Assembly (NCBI GenBank): GCA_963678315.1
Contig: OY782781.1
Location: 864,001 to 928,000, forward strand
Source of the DNA: Candidatus Cloacimonadales bacterium
GTDB taxonomy: Bacteria; Cloacimonadota; Cloacimonadia; Cloacimonadales; JAFGVF01
Reading direction: 5' to 3'
DNA length: 64,000 bases
The position numbers and the translations under genes are program-made. Below the pieces are notes generated by a model, which searched no databases, was not told the DNA's origin, and saw only the letters and a list, made by a program, of their open reading frames with translations. Positions 9,778 through 20,232 of this stretch are shown piece by piece (the stretch's first letter is position 1; every line of letters starts with the position of its first letter).

Positions 9778-10001
9778 ATAGTACCTCTAGTCATATTCTA
9801 AACGTCAGCATAATATATTAACTTATTTATTTACATAAAGATAAACTAACTACAATCTTTTTTATTGCCAATAAAAGTATACTTTTTTTCATTGGGCTTG
9901 TAAGGATGCTAGACAAAATTCTTATTATATTTATTCATTATGATACAATAGAGTAAATTAAATAATGATGTCAACATCTTTTATTGTTCTAAAGGAGAAT
10001 T

Positions 10002-10619
10002 ATGAATAAAATTATTGAATACATAGATTCGTTTATAAAATACCCCAACTCTATATTAGAGAGACTTGAAGAAGAGCATAATACAAGAATAAATATTCAA
10101 CCAAATATGACTAAGCAAGGGGCACAGTTATTATATCAATTAATCATCATGAATAAGGCTAAAAGGGTACTAGAAATTGGTACATGTGTAGGCTATTCTG
10201 CAATCTGGATTGGAGAAGCATTAAAGACTACTGGGGGGCATCTTACAACCATTGAAAAAGATATACGCTTTGTGAGGGAGAATGTTGTGAATATTAAGGA
10301 GGCAGGACTGGAAGATTACATTGATGTAGTTCATGCAGATGCTATTGAACACATTCAAGAGCTTGATGATAGCTTTGATGTGATTATAATTGATTCCAAT
10401 AAGCCTTTGTATAATATAGTGATAGATAAGTGTATTGAACTTCTAAAGCCTAATGGACTAATCTTTGCTGATGATACACTCTTTCTTCCTATGGGTTTCA
10501 AAGAAAGGCTTGCCAAGCCTATGGATGATTACAATAAATATGTATGCTCTCATCCTCAATTAGTAACTACTATTCTTCCAGTTGGAGATGGTATCACCAT
10601 AAGTTTGAAAGTTAAATAA
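10002..10619 (+). CDS. SAM-dependent O-methyltransferase (Methyltransf_3; YrrM/TrmR-like)
   Basis: VLEIGTCVGYSA SAM motif, LKPNGLIFADD, LPVGDGITIS. Confidence 0.85.
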   Translation: MNKIIEYIDSFIKYPNSILERLEEEHNTRINIQPNMTKQGAQLLYQLIIMNKAKRVLEIGTCVGYSAIWIGEALKTTGGHLTTIEKDIRFVRENVVNIKEAGLEDYIDVVHADAIEHIQELDDSFDVIIIDSNKPLYNIVIDKCIELLKPNGLIFADDTLFLPMGFKERLAKPMDDYNKYVCSHPQLVTTILPVGDGITISLKVK

Positions 10620-10770
10620 ATTGTACACTAAATATTCGATGATATTTATAGCTGGTAAATGTGGTTTATAGTGCTAGTTGTGATTCTATAAAACTTCTTT
10701 CTCTTAAATTAATAAAAAATTGCTTTACAGTAATTTCTTTTGTTGCATTATTATCATGAGGAAATATGGT

Positions 10771-13104
10771 ATGAGTAATATTTTAGCCGTAGAAGATGTA
10801 CGAAGTCTTATTAACAAAGCACAAAGCATTATAAACTTTGCTCCAGAGTTAAGTTTGAAATATATCTTACTTGCTGAAAAGCAGGCTGATAAGAATGCTC
10901 AAAAAGAGTATTTCGGAATATTTAACAAGATTATTGGAGAATGCTTTTTATTACTAGAAGACTATGAATCTGCTGGACCTTACATCTTTAAAGCTGAGAA
11001 TTTCTTCAACATAAATGATAATCCTATCGAGACGATAGAATCAAAAATACTATTAGCTAATTGGTACAATAAGACTGGAGACAAGAACAAGGCTATTGAA
11101 ATCTTCAATCAGATGATTATCTCTTCAACTGCTATTGGTTTCAATGAGGGAGTTATTCGTTCTCTTTATCACATGTCTATCTTGTATATTGGAGAAGGCA
11201 ACTTCTATGATGCTAAGGAAATCTTAGGGGCTATTAACAGTGATGATTTAGATGGCCTGACAAAGGACTTTATCATTAACTTCAAATTGAGAAAAGTACA
11301 TTCTTTGATTAAATGTAATGAAGTTAGCAATTTGGAGAGTTTACTTGCAGAATGTTTGGATGAATCCCTTAGGCTTAAAGACTCCAATCTAATCAAGAAG
11401 AGCTATGAGAATTATTACGCTTACTATAAGCTCATAGATGATACTGATAAAGCCTTTTACTATTTAGAGAAGACATACAATATTGCAGAAGAGATTATTA
11501 ATGATGTCCCTCATGCCAAGATTGCCAAACTTCTGACCCAGTATGAAGTTGATAAAAAAGAACAAATCATTTACGATGCTAACAAGAAGAATAAGGAACT
11601 GGAAGAAGCTAACAGTATTATTCGTAAGCAGAAACTCCTTCTAGAGACTATTCTAGATACTATTCCTAACCCAATTTACTATAAAGATGTCAAAGGTAAA
11701 TACCTAGGTTTTAACCGAAGTTGGAATGAAACATTCAATAAAGGTCAAGCTTCAAAACTTTCTAAGACTGTCCATGAAATCTCTACTGATTTCGATGCTC
11801 TTAAGTTTGAAGAACACGACCAAGACTTGCTCTATAATAAGCATTTGATGAAACTTGAAACCAAGATGGTCTTGTCTGATAATAAAGAGCATGATTTAAT
11901 ATTCTATAAAGATGTTTTTCGTGATGAAAAGGGAGCTGTCGCAGGCATCATAGGCGTTATAAATGATGTAACAGAATTAAAGCAGATAAGCCAAGAAATT
12001 AAGAGGGCAAACAATTTCCTTTCTGCAATTGTAAATCTTGCTCCTGTTGGAATCTGTATTCTTACCAAGACTGGTAAAATCAATTATGCAAATAATTATC
12101 TACGAGATTTAATGTATTATGATGGAAACCTTAATGATATTTCTATTTATAACTTTGTTGTAGATACTGAGATTGCAGAATTTAAAAGTAAATTACTTGA
12201 TGTCAATCCTAATAAAGAAGTTATAGAAACAGAAGTTCGTATGACAAGCACAGAAGGCACAATTGTCTATGTTAATGTTCTGATATCCCTTCTCTCATTA
12301 GGTAGTCAAGATGATGATTTCTACTTATGTGTTATTAATAATATTACTGATAGAAAGATTTATGATGAATCTTTACGTAGGTCTGAAAATGAACTTAAAG
12401 AAGCAAATTCTACCAAAGATAGATTGTTCGCAATTATTGCTCATGACTTGCGTGGACCAATAGGTAACTTCCGTGAAATATTTAGACTTTTAGCTACCAA
12501 TAGAAAGATCTTCTCTGTAGAAGAACAGACATCTCTAATGGAAGAACTACACAAGTCGGCTGATTATACTTTTGATTTACTAGAGAACCTTCTACAGTGG
12601 TCAAGAAACCAAAGAGATGAACTTAAGCTAGTTGCTAATTTCCACTCGATTTATGATGTATTCCAACTTGTTTGTCGAGAATTAAAAGGAGTCTATGATA
12701 CTAAAAAAATTAGTATAGTTAATCAGATTAAAGTCCCTCATATTGGCTTCTTTGACAAGAATATGATAAGTGTTGTTCTCAGGAATCTCATGTCAAATGC
12801 AGTGAAGTTTTCTTATCCTAACTCTCAAGTTTTAGTTTCTTCAATTAAGCATGAAGACTATATAGAAGTTATTATCGCAGATCAAGGCATTGGTATTGAA
12901 AAGGATGATATTGAAAAAATCTTTAGTTCAATAGATAATAAATCTTCGCTTGGAACAGCCAGAGAAAGGGGTACCGGTCTAGGTTTAGTTCTGTGCAAGA
13001 GTTTTGTGGAAAAGAACAGCGGTAACATCTGGGTTGAGAGTGAAGTCGGTAAAGGTTCAACATTCCATTTCACTATACCTATTGAAAATAACGCTAATCA
13101 TTAA
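10771..13104 (+). CDS. Cytoplasmic sensor histidine kinase (TPR-like helical N-terminus, 2 PAS, HisKA, HATPase)
   Basis: IIAHDLRGP, NLMSNAVKFS, DQGIGI, GTGLGL; PAS at IPNPIYYKD. ORF track starts at 10720; ATG 10771 follows GAGG. Confidence 0.9.
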   Translation: MSNILAVEDVRSLINKAQSIINFAPELSLKYILLAEKQADKNAQKEYFGIFNKIIGECFLLLEDYESAGPYIFKAENFFNINDNPIETIESKILLANWYNKTGDKNKAIEIFNQMIISSTAIGFNEGVIRSLYHMSILYIGEGNFYDAKEILGAINSDDLDGLTKDFIINFKLRKVHSLIKCNEVSNLESLLAECLDESLRLKDSNLIKKSYENYYAYYKLIDDTDKAFYYLEKTYNIAEEIINDVPHAKIAKLLTQYEVDKKEQIIYDANKKNKELEEANSIIRKQKLLLETILDTIPNPIYYKDVKGKYLGFNRSWNETFNKGQASKLSKTVHEISTDFDALKFEEHDQDLLYNKHLMKLETKMVLSDNKEHDLIFYKDVFRDEKGAVAGIIGVINDVTELKQISQEIKRANNFLSAIVNLAPVGICILTKTGKINYANNYLRDLMYYDGNLNDISIYNFVVDTEIAEFKSKLLDVNPNKEVIETEVRMTSTEGTIVYVNVLISLLSLGSQDDDFYLCVINNITDRKIYDESLRRSENELKEANSTKDRLFAIIAHDLRGPIGNFREIFRLLATNRKIFSVEEQTSLMEELHKSADYTFDLLENLLQWSRNQRDELKLVANFHSIYDVFQLVCRELKGVYDTKKISIVNQIKVPHIGFFDKNMISVVLRNLMSNAVKFSYPNSQVLVSSIKHEDYIEVIIADQGIGIEKDDIEKIFSSIDNKSSLGTARERGTGLGLVLCKSFVEKNSGNIWVESEVGKGSTFHFTIPIENNANH

Positions 13105-13190
13105 TACAAAATACTAGACTAAATTTACTTCCATATTTTATAAGCAAAGATAGTAAATAACGCTTATAAAGTAATGTAATTGAGGTATAA

Positions 13191-14165
13191 ATGAGAATCT
13201 TAATAATCAGATTTAGCTCTTTAGGAGATATAATTCTGACAGAAGCTGTAATTAGAAACTTAAGGAATGCTTTTCCCAATGCTACAATTGATTATGTAAC
13301 TAAACCAATTTTTAAAGACTTAGTTAAAGATTTTCTGGGAGTTGATAGAGTCTTTACTGAATACAAAAATCTTAAATCCCTCAAACGCATTAGCTCCAAT
13401 AATTATGATATTGTTATTGATCTTCATGCAAAACTGAATTCATTTATTACCAAGCATCTTGTCTCAAGTAAGCAAACAATTACCTACAATAAAAAAAGAG
13501 GACTGCGTAAGAAGATAGTGAGTCACTCCACAAATGAAGCAATTGATACGACTGTAGATTTATATTTTTCAGTATTTGATAAACTCAATATTCAAAGCTC
13601 TGATAAATACCCTCGTTTCCAAGCAAGTAAAAGTTCAAACTTACTAGCTAACAAGAATAAACATAATATTGTAATATTCCCTGGTGCTACTCATGAAACA
13701 AAGCGAATGCCTCAAGAGAAGATTATTGAACTAATCTCTTATCTAAAGCAAGATAGTATAAATTTTTATCTTCTTGGAACTAAGAGTGAAGAGGAAATTA
13801 TAACTAACATTTGCCAAGCACACCCTGATTCTTGTATAAATTTAGCTGGTAAATTTTCTATTGTAGAATTAATTAATGCTGTTTCTGAAGCTGACTTAGT
13901 TATAACAAATGATTCTGGACCAATGCACATCGCTAGTGCTCTGTCTTTACCACAGATTGCCTTTTTCGGGGCTACAAATACTCGTTTAGGTTTTAGACCC
14001 TTGAATGATAAAGCGCAAGTGATTAGCTTAGACTTGGAATGCTCCCCATGTTCCTTGCATGGAACCGAAAAATGCCCTCTGGGTCACTTTGATTGTATGA
14101 AAAAAATTGATATGAAAATGGTCGCTGATAAAATCCAAAATACACTAAACATTAAGAAATTTTAA
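13191..14165 (+). CDS. Glycosyltransferase family 9 (LPS heptosyltransferase, WaaF/WaaC-like)
   Basis: RILIIRFSSLGDIIL, ITNDSGPMHIASAL, C-terminal CSPC...C...C. Confidence 0.9.
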   Translation: MRILIIRFSSLGDIILTEAVIRNLRNAFPNATIDYVTKPIFKDLVKDFLGVDRVFTEYKNLKSLKRISSNNYDIVIDLHAKLNSFITKHLVSSKQTITYNKKRGLRKKIVSHSTNEAIDTTVDLYFSVFDKLNIQSSDKYPRFQASKSSNLLANKNKHNIVIFPGATHETKRMPQEKIIELISYLKQDSINFYLLGTKSEEEIITNICQAHPDSCINLAGKFSIVELINAVSEADLVITNDSGPMHIASALSLPQIAFFGATNTRLGFRPLNDKAQVISLDLECSPCSLHGTEKCPLGHFDCMKKIDMKMVADKIQNTLNIKKF

Positions 14166-14181
14166 TGAAATATACCTTGTC

Positions 14182-14258
14182 CCTTACTTGCCACCTTGAA
14201 AAAAAGCCGATTTTTCAAGGAGACCCTTAATGCAGAAGTTAGGAGTGAGGAGTGAGCG
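14182..14258. repeat. Family A palindrome (truncated) followed by heptamer units
   Basis: CCTTACTTGCCACCTTGAAAAAAAGCCGATTTTTCAAGGAG, then GAAGTTAGGAGTGAGGAGTGAG. Confidence 0.8.
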
Positions 14259-14266
14259 GATATTTT

Positions 14267-14352
14267 AGTCCCGAAGGGACGTCATATATTAGCATGGGGT
14301 CTTGCACCCCATGTACAATGACATAAATGAATTGAGTCCCGAAGGGACGACA
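14267..14352. repeat. Tripartite palindromic element (two identical small hairpins flanking a central hairpin)
   Basis: GTCCC-GAA-GGGAC ... CATGGGGT-CTTGC-ACCCCATG ... GTCCC-GAA-GGGAC. Confidence 0.75.
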
Positions 14353-14369
14353 TAATGAATAATTGAACA

Positions 14370-14942
14370 CAGATTAAACAGATTAAAATGATAAGAATGT
14401 TTAAGAGTTGTCAAGAGAAGTTAGGTGTTACTGGGATCGCCAGCCTCTGCGCTGGCTTCACTTAGAACGTAGTGATAAGTGAATTTGTAGAGACGTTTTG
14501 AGAACGTCTCTTTTGCATTGTCCTGTAAGGACATATCTCCTCAGAGCCCATGATTTCAATCGTGGGGAATGTGATAAATGAAAAGTGAAAAACTTTAGTC
14601 CGGCTCAGACGGATAAATAACAGAACACAGATAAGGCAGATTAAACAGATTAAAATGATAAGAATGTTTAAGAGTTGTCAAGAGAAGTAGGTGTTACTGG
14701 GATCGCCAGCCTCTGCGCTGGCTTCACTTAGAACGTAGTGATAAGTGAATTTGTAGAGACGTTTTGAGAACGTCTCTTTTGCATTGTCCTGTAAGGACAT
14801 ATCTCCTCAGAGCCCATGATTTCAATCGTGGGGAATGTGATAAATGAGAAGTGAAAAACTTTAGTCCGGCTCAGACGGATAAATAACAGAACACAGATAA
14901 GGCAGATTAAACAGATTAAAATGATAAGAATGTTTAAGAGTT
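14370..14942. repeat. Tandem duplication of a ~267-bp repeat mosaic (2 full copies + start of a third)
   Basis: Units start with CAGATTAAACAGATTAAAATGATAAG at 14370, 14637 and 14903. By eye they differ by one indel and about one substitution. Confidence 0.92.
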
Positions 14943-15205
14943 TAGAGGTTTAAGTGTTGAAAGGTTTAATTGTTTAGGGTCTGGATTTGTGTAGCTTAGT
15001 GTTTTTCCGTGTCTTTGTGTTTAATAGGTTTTTTGTATTCTTTTATTCGTGTTTATTAGTGCTATTAGTGGCTGATTTCTTATTTGTTATTTAGTCCCCA
15101 ATAGACGTATGTGCATATTTGAGATAAGAGATTGATTTTGAAAAGAGGTTAACACAGTTAATCTTTGATAAATATATTGACAGATTATCGAGTTAAAAAG
15201 AAATT

Positions 15206-15303
15206 GAAAAAAATGAGGAGCGTCAACCGGCCAAGTCAACGCTTCCTCCATTACATGCCAACCCATTATTAAGGAGAACTGTTTTCACTAGTTCGTATAA
15301 CAA
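15206..15303 (-). ncRNA. Candidate small RNA (~95-100 nt) with its own promoter and intrinsic terminator
   Basis: Minus-strand TTGACA (15336-15331)-16 nt-TATAAA; body GAACT-loop-AGTTC then TCCTT; ends GAGGAAGCGTTGAC-TTGGCCG-GTTGACGCTCCTC-A-T7. Confidence 0.55.
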
Positions 15304-15906
15304 CTTCATTTATATGCATAGAATTTTAGCTGTCAACTATATTCTATGTTTTTTTTCTTTTAGTGGAAATACATTGCCTTCTCGGAAGACTATAAGTTAT
15401 TGATATGTATTATAATAGATAGCCTCATAGTGGGTTGGATATTTTCTATAAAAAGACCACTGTAAACAATCAAAGAAGTGTCTACTATGTAAACAAATAT
15501 ATAAATTATGCAATTAGAGTATTGGATTATGCATTTCAGAAAGATAAATTCTTTATGGGACTGGCTCTTATTTATTAAAAAGTTGATAAAAATAAACACT
15601 TGCAATTTTGGGAATAAGTCTTAGATTATTGATAAATAGTATAATTGTCTTATTGAAAGCTCTACAGAATTATCGGTTCTCTATGGAAAATTAGCCTTCC
15701 ATTGTGGTATATAAACCCATCTAATACAGTAGAGCTTCTAGAATAGTACTATATTATTTGGCAAGAATAAGTTCCATAATTTCAGCTAGAATATATATTA
15801 TTCAAACTTCAATTCTGTAACTTATTTTGCTAAAATAATCTGCACTCTTCACGAGAAGCCTACTGCATTAAATGGGATAAATATTAATATTTTAAGGGAT
15901 GTAAGT

Positions 15907-16653
15907 ATGTTGCCAGTTGTTAATGTATCTAAAAAGTCTATTAAAGGTAAGAATCATTCTGTTATAGAAGATAGCTATCTAGTTAGGTGTGAAATTAACT
16001 CTTCAAATTGTAGATTATTTATAGTATGTGATGGAGTAGGTGGTTACCCAGGAGGAGATATAGCCTCAAAGATGGTGATAGAAACATTTAAGGAATCTAG
16101 TCTTGCTATAGGTAAAAGTTACGAATTAGAAACAACGATTGAATCACTTTTGCAACAAGTTAATCAAGATCTTATCGCCTATGGGAAAAAGAATCCTGAA
16201 TATAGAAAGTTATCAACTACGATTGCAGGTTTAGTTATGGACGAAAAATCAATTGTAGCTTTTAATGTTGGCGATAGTAGGATATACTTGAGGGACTTGA
16301 ATGGTTTTAAACAGTTAACTCGTGATGATAGTATTGCTTGGGAGCGGTATGAAGAAGGAATAATTCATAAGAACCAGATTAATAAACAAAAGGACAAGAA
16401 TATTATTACAGCAGCCTTGGGACTGAAAGAGAGTTTTGAGGTACATTTTAGAAAGGTAGAATTTGGCAAGTATTTCCAAATACTTCTTTGTAGTGATGGT
16501 TTAACTGATTTTGTAGATGACTGTCAGATTGAGAAAATCCTTTCAGATGAAAAAAAACTAGAAATAAGAGCAGAAGAACTTGTCAAAGAAGCTCTCAATA
16601 GTGGTTCTGATGACGATATAACTATTCTGTTAATAGAGGGACGAAAACAATAA
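15907..16653 (+). CDS. PP2C/PPM-family Ser/Thr protein phosphatase
   Basis: IVCDGVGG, NVGDSRIY, QLTRDDS, LLCSDGLTD, GSDDDIT. Confidence 0.9.
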   Translation: MLPVVNVSKKSIKGKNHSVIEDSYLVRCEINSSNCRLFIVCDGVGGYPGGDIASKMVIETFKESSLAIGKSYELETTIESLLQQVNQDLIAYGKKNPEYRKLSTTIAGLVMDEKSIVAFNVGDSRIYLRDLNGFKQLTRDDSIAWERYEEGIIHKNQINKQKDKNIITAALGLKESFEVHFRKVEFGKYFQILLCSDGLTDFVDDCQIEKILSDEKKLEIRAEELVKEALNSGSDDDITILLIEGRKQ

Positions 16654-16769
16654 TATTCGCTGATGGTTATGACATTTCTTAATCACTATTATATTGATAG
16701 TCTGTGAAGAACATATTTTTATTGACAATTTATGCTCAAGCATAGATAAATTATTTTTGAGGTGTTAAA

Positions 16770-17603
16770 ATGAATTTTAGATTCGTAAAGAAAATCATAA
16801 TATTGATTAGTTTGATGATATGTGTTAACTTGACAGCTGAGAACTTAAGACATTTGGCAATTCCTTATGCAAACTTCAACAATGGTGTTGGTGGAGGACT
16901 GTCTATAGATATTATCAAAGGCTTTTGTCAAGAATATGGCTACGATTATCAATATGTAGAAACCAACTGGGGAGATGTCTTTAAACAGTTGCTTGGAACT
17001 GATAAAAATGGTCAAGGGCAATACCCAATTGAGGGTGATTTGATAGCCTCTGGATTGACAGTATTGGATTGGCGAACAAAAATTGTGGACTTCTCTGAAC
17101 CTATATTCCCTACTCAAGTATGGCTTCTTGTGGAGGTTGATAGTCCAATTAAACCTATTGAGCCTACTGGCGATTTAGAAAAGGATATTCTTCTTACTAA
17201 GCAAAAACTTAATGGTGTGAAATTGCTCTGCAAACCTAATACATGTCTTGACCCAAGCTTATATTCTCTTTACGACTATTCTCCTGACTTACTGAAATTT
17301 GATGGTAAATTGAACGAATTTGCTCCTGCTTTACTTAAAGGTATGTCTGATGCAATATTGCTTGATGTGCCTGATGTTCTTATTACTATGAAGAAATGGC
17401 CTAGGAAGTTTAAAATTATTGGTCCTATTTCGGAAATTCAAGATATGGCAGTGGCTTTTAGAAAATCAGATAAGAAAATGAAAGATGAGTTCAATCAATA
17501 TTTAGCTAAAATTCAGAGTAATGGACAATATTTAAAACTAATTAAGGAATATTATCCTACAGCGGGAACTTATTTCCCAGAGTTTTTTAAGAACTTCAAA
17601 TAA
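16770..17603 (+). CDS. Periplasmic solute-binding protein, family 3
   Basis: Signal peptide; DLIASGLTVLDWRTKIVDFSEP; AVAFRK...NGQYLKLIKEYY. Confidence 0.82.
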   Translation: MNFRFVKKIIILISLMICVNLTAENLRHLAIPYANFNNGVGGGLSIDIIKGFCQEYGYDYQYVETNWGDVFKQLLGTDKNGQGQYPIEGDLIASGLTVLDWRTKIVDFSEPIFPTQVWLLVEVDSPIKPIEPTGDLEKDILLTKQKLNGVKLLCKPNTCLDPSLYSLYDYSPDLLKFDGKLNEFAPALLKGMSDAILLDVPDVLITMKKWPRKFKIIGPISEIQDMAVAFRKSDKKMKDEFNQYLAKIQSNGQYLKLIKEYYPTAGTYFPEFFKNFK

Positions 17604-17621
17604 AATATACGTTGGAATTTA

Positions 17622-19850
17622 ATGACTAGACATTATAAACATGGATTGACAACTATTATTACAGTGTTGATTTTAGTTGGATATATGTCCTTCTTTTTAA
17701 CAACACAGTATCGTTCATTGGGTGAGCTTGAAGAAAGAGCATTAAGTGATTTATCTAACCAATTTGGTAAAGATGTTGCCTCTTTAGAGTATTGGCATAA
17801 ACTATGTAAGAATGACCTCAACCTCTTTGCTAAATCCTCCTATATTGATGCTTATTTTAGCGATGTGTCAATGGCTGTATCAGAACAATACGGATTAAAT
17901 ATCTCCCGTGAACAATTTAAAAGTGATGTTGATAAACATGTTGAAACAATGTTATTGAATAACCAACCCTTGTACAGAAGACTTTGTTTTATCAATGAAG
18001 ATGGGTCACTTCTCTACTCTAAGAGTAATTCACTTCTTGATAGAGAAAGCAAAATGAATAAATTCAAAAGTATTGTCACAAAAGAGGATTTAGGAACTGA
18101 AGTTTATGTCTTCTTTGATGAAAATAAGTACTATTTCTATGTCTCTCAAGCATATCACTATAATGGTAAATTCTTTGGTCATCTTATAGCGGAAGTAAAT
18201 GAGGAACAATTAGTTGGAGGAGTGTTTAAGAAATTTGGTGGGGCTAAAAAGATTCTTCTTCTGCAAGGAAAATATGATGAGATCTGCCAGGTGTTTGTAA
18301 GTCCTGACTATAATTTAGATTCGTTTCCAAGTGAATCACAACTACCAATAGGCTATACAAAATCATTCTCTTTAGTGAAAAATGATGGAGATGAAATTAC
18401 TGCTTATGTCCAAAGAATTAAAGTTCCTAATACCGATTTAGAAATTCTATCAATATATCCCAAAGATCAACTGTTAGGTAAGTTTTGGTCAAGATGGTTA
18501 CTGCTTGGTCTGATTGGATTTAGTGTTATAATCTTCTTTGTTCTAATCTATGCTTACAACAGTAATATAAAGAATTTACGAGTGCAAACTCAGCTTGATA
18601 CTGAGATGAAGAAACGTGAAGAAATCCAAGAGAAGAATAATCTTCTATCTGATGAAATTGAAAAGAGAATCAAGACAGAAGAAGAACTTATCGAAAGTAA
18701 TAAAAAAGCTAAAGAACTAGCTGTTCAAGCACAAAATGCCAATAGGGCTAAATCCCAGTTCTTAGCCAATATGAGCCATGAAATCAGAACTCCAATGAAT
18801 GCTATTATAGGCTTTACTGACCTACTCCTATCTGAAGAAGATAATGATTACAAGACGGAAAAACTTACGCTTGTAAAAGAGTCTGCTGGATACTTGCTTA
18901 ACATTATTAACGACATTCTGGACCTTTCAAAAATAGAATTCGGTAAAATAAAAGTAAAAATTACAACTTTCTCATTGAATAGCATAATTAATGTGATTGA
19001 CCAAATGTTTAAAGATAAAGCTATGAATAAAGGAATTTACTTTAAAACTGAACTCTCTAGAGACCTACCTGAATTCATTAATAGCGACAAACAAAAAATA
19101 TTCCAGATTCTAACCAATATAATCAATAATGCTGTTAAATTTACCTATAAAGGTGGAGTAACTCTGCTTCTAAACTATGAATTCAATAATCTTATCTTCA
19201 CTATATCTGATACAGGAATAGGGATATCTGAAGAAGACCATAAGAAGATATTTGAAGATTTTGAACAAGTGGAGAATACTCATAGATTGAAAGCTCAAGG
19301 GACAGGATTAGGTCTTTCTATCACTAAGAACTTTATCGGTATGCTGGGCGGGTCAATAGATGTTGAATCTGAACTCGGGAAAGGGTCGGTCTTTACGATT
19401 GTGATACCTGTCACTGAGTTCAAGGTTGCCCCAATTGAAGAACAACCAAAAGAAGAAAAGTTAACTAAGCTTATGAAGAAAATGAATCTTCTTGTTGCTG
19501 AAGATAATAAGATTAATCAGAAGCTTATATCAAATATTCTCAAGAAAATTAATGTTAACTTTACTATTGTTAATAATGGTAAGGAAGCTGTAGAACACCT
19601 TGATAACCATCGTGTTGATATCCTGATTATGGATATTCAGATGCCAATTATGGGTGGTGTTGAGGCTATCAAGATTATTCGCAGTCAAACTAAGTTCGAC
19701 CATATACCGGCAATAGCCTTAACAGCTCAAGCTATGTCTGGTGATAAAGAGAACTTCTTAGATGCTGGCTTCAATGATTATCTTTCAAAACCCCTTAATG
19801 CTAAATTGCTAAGAGAGAAATTGGAATTCTACCAAAAAGAGATTCTTTAA
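17622..19850 (+). CDS. Membrane hybrid sensor histidine kinase (2 TM, periplasmic sensor, HisKA, HATPase, REC)
   Basis: [35 protein letters not shown] with MDIQMP. Confidence 0.92.
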   Translation: MTRHYKHGLTTIITVLILVGYMSFFLTTQYRSLGELEERALSDLSNQFGKDVASLEYWHKLCKNDLNLFAKSSYIDAYFSDVSMAVSEQYGLNISREQFKSDVDKHVETMLLNNQPLYRRLCFINEDGSLLYSKSNSLLDRESKMNKFKSIVTKEDLGTEVYVFFDENKYYFYVSQAYHYNGKFFGHLIAEVNEEQLVGGVFKKFGGAKKILLLQGKYDEICQVFVSPDYNLDSFPSESQLPIGYTKSFSLVKNDGDEITAYVQRIKVPNTDLEILSIYPKDQLLGKFWSRWLLLGLIGFSVIIFFVLIYAYNSNIKNLRVQTQLDTEMKKREEIQEKNNLLSDEIEKRIKTEEELIESNKKAKELAVQAQNANRAKSQFLANMSHEIRTPMNAIIGFTDLLLSEEDNDYKTEKLTLVKESAGYLLNIINDILDLSKIEFGKIKVKITTFSLNSIINVIDQMFKDKAMNKGIYFKTELSRDLPEFINSDKQKIFQILTNIINNAVKFTYKGGVTLLLNYEFNNLIFTISDTGIGISEEDHKKIFEDFEQVENTHRLKAQGTGLGLSITKNFIGMLGGSIDVESELGKGSVFTIVIPVTEFKVAPIEEQPKEEKLTKLMKKMNLLVAEDNKINQKLISNILKKINVNFTIVNNGKEAVEHLDNHRVDILIMDIQMPIMGGVEAIKIIRSQTKFDHIPAIALTAQAMSGDKENFLDAGFNDYLSKPLNAKLLREKLEFYQKEIL

Positions 19851-20232
19851 ATAGATATTACTAGAAAGTGTTTATTTCTATCAACAAAGTTATAACTTTT
19901 TATGACTTATATAAAATGCAATATAACAGTGTTAATCTGCATTTAGCTCATATTGAATTACCGCAAAATTTACTAACTTAAATGGTTAATTGTCACTAAT
20001 CTAACTATTTCTTTATAATTCTAAGTTTGTAAGGTATTGATTATTACTAGCTTGGCATGGGTAGAAGTTAAACAATTAATAAAAATTAAAAATTCATTGA
20101 CAACTTACTCTCTTTAATGAGAAAATTGAACAGATATGAAGTTAAGGAAATACGAACTGTTTTTGGATTTGATTTAGAAGAATTTAAATTAAAGAAAACA
20201 AGAAAACAAAAATTAACCTGAGGAGGTAATGT

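Noticed and set aside
15213..15272. 19-codon ORF MRSVNRPSQRFLHYMPTHY antisense to the candidate sRNA, as a type I toxin
   Set aside because: No SD and not hydrophobic; unlike type I toxins.
15390..15605. 71-aa minus-strand ORF in the large intergenic gap
   Set aside because: TTG start without RBS, low-complexity Ile/Phe-rich composition, no motif.
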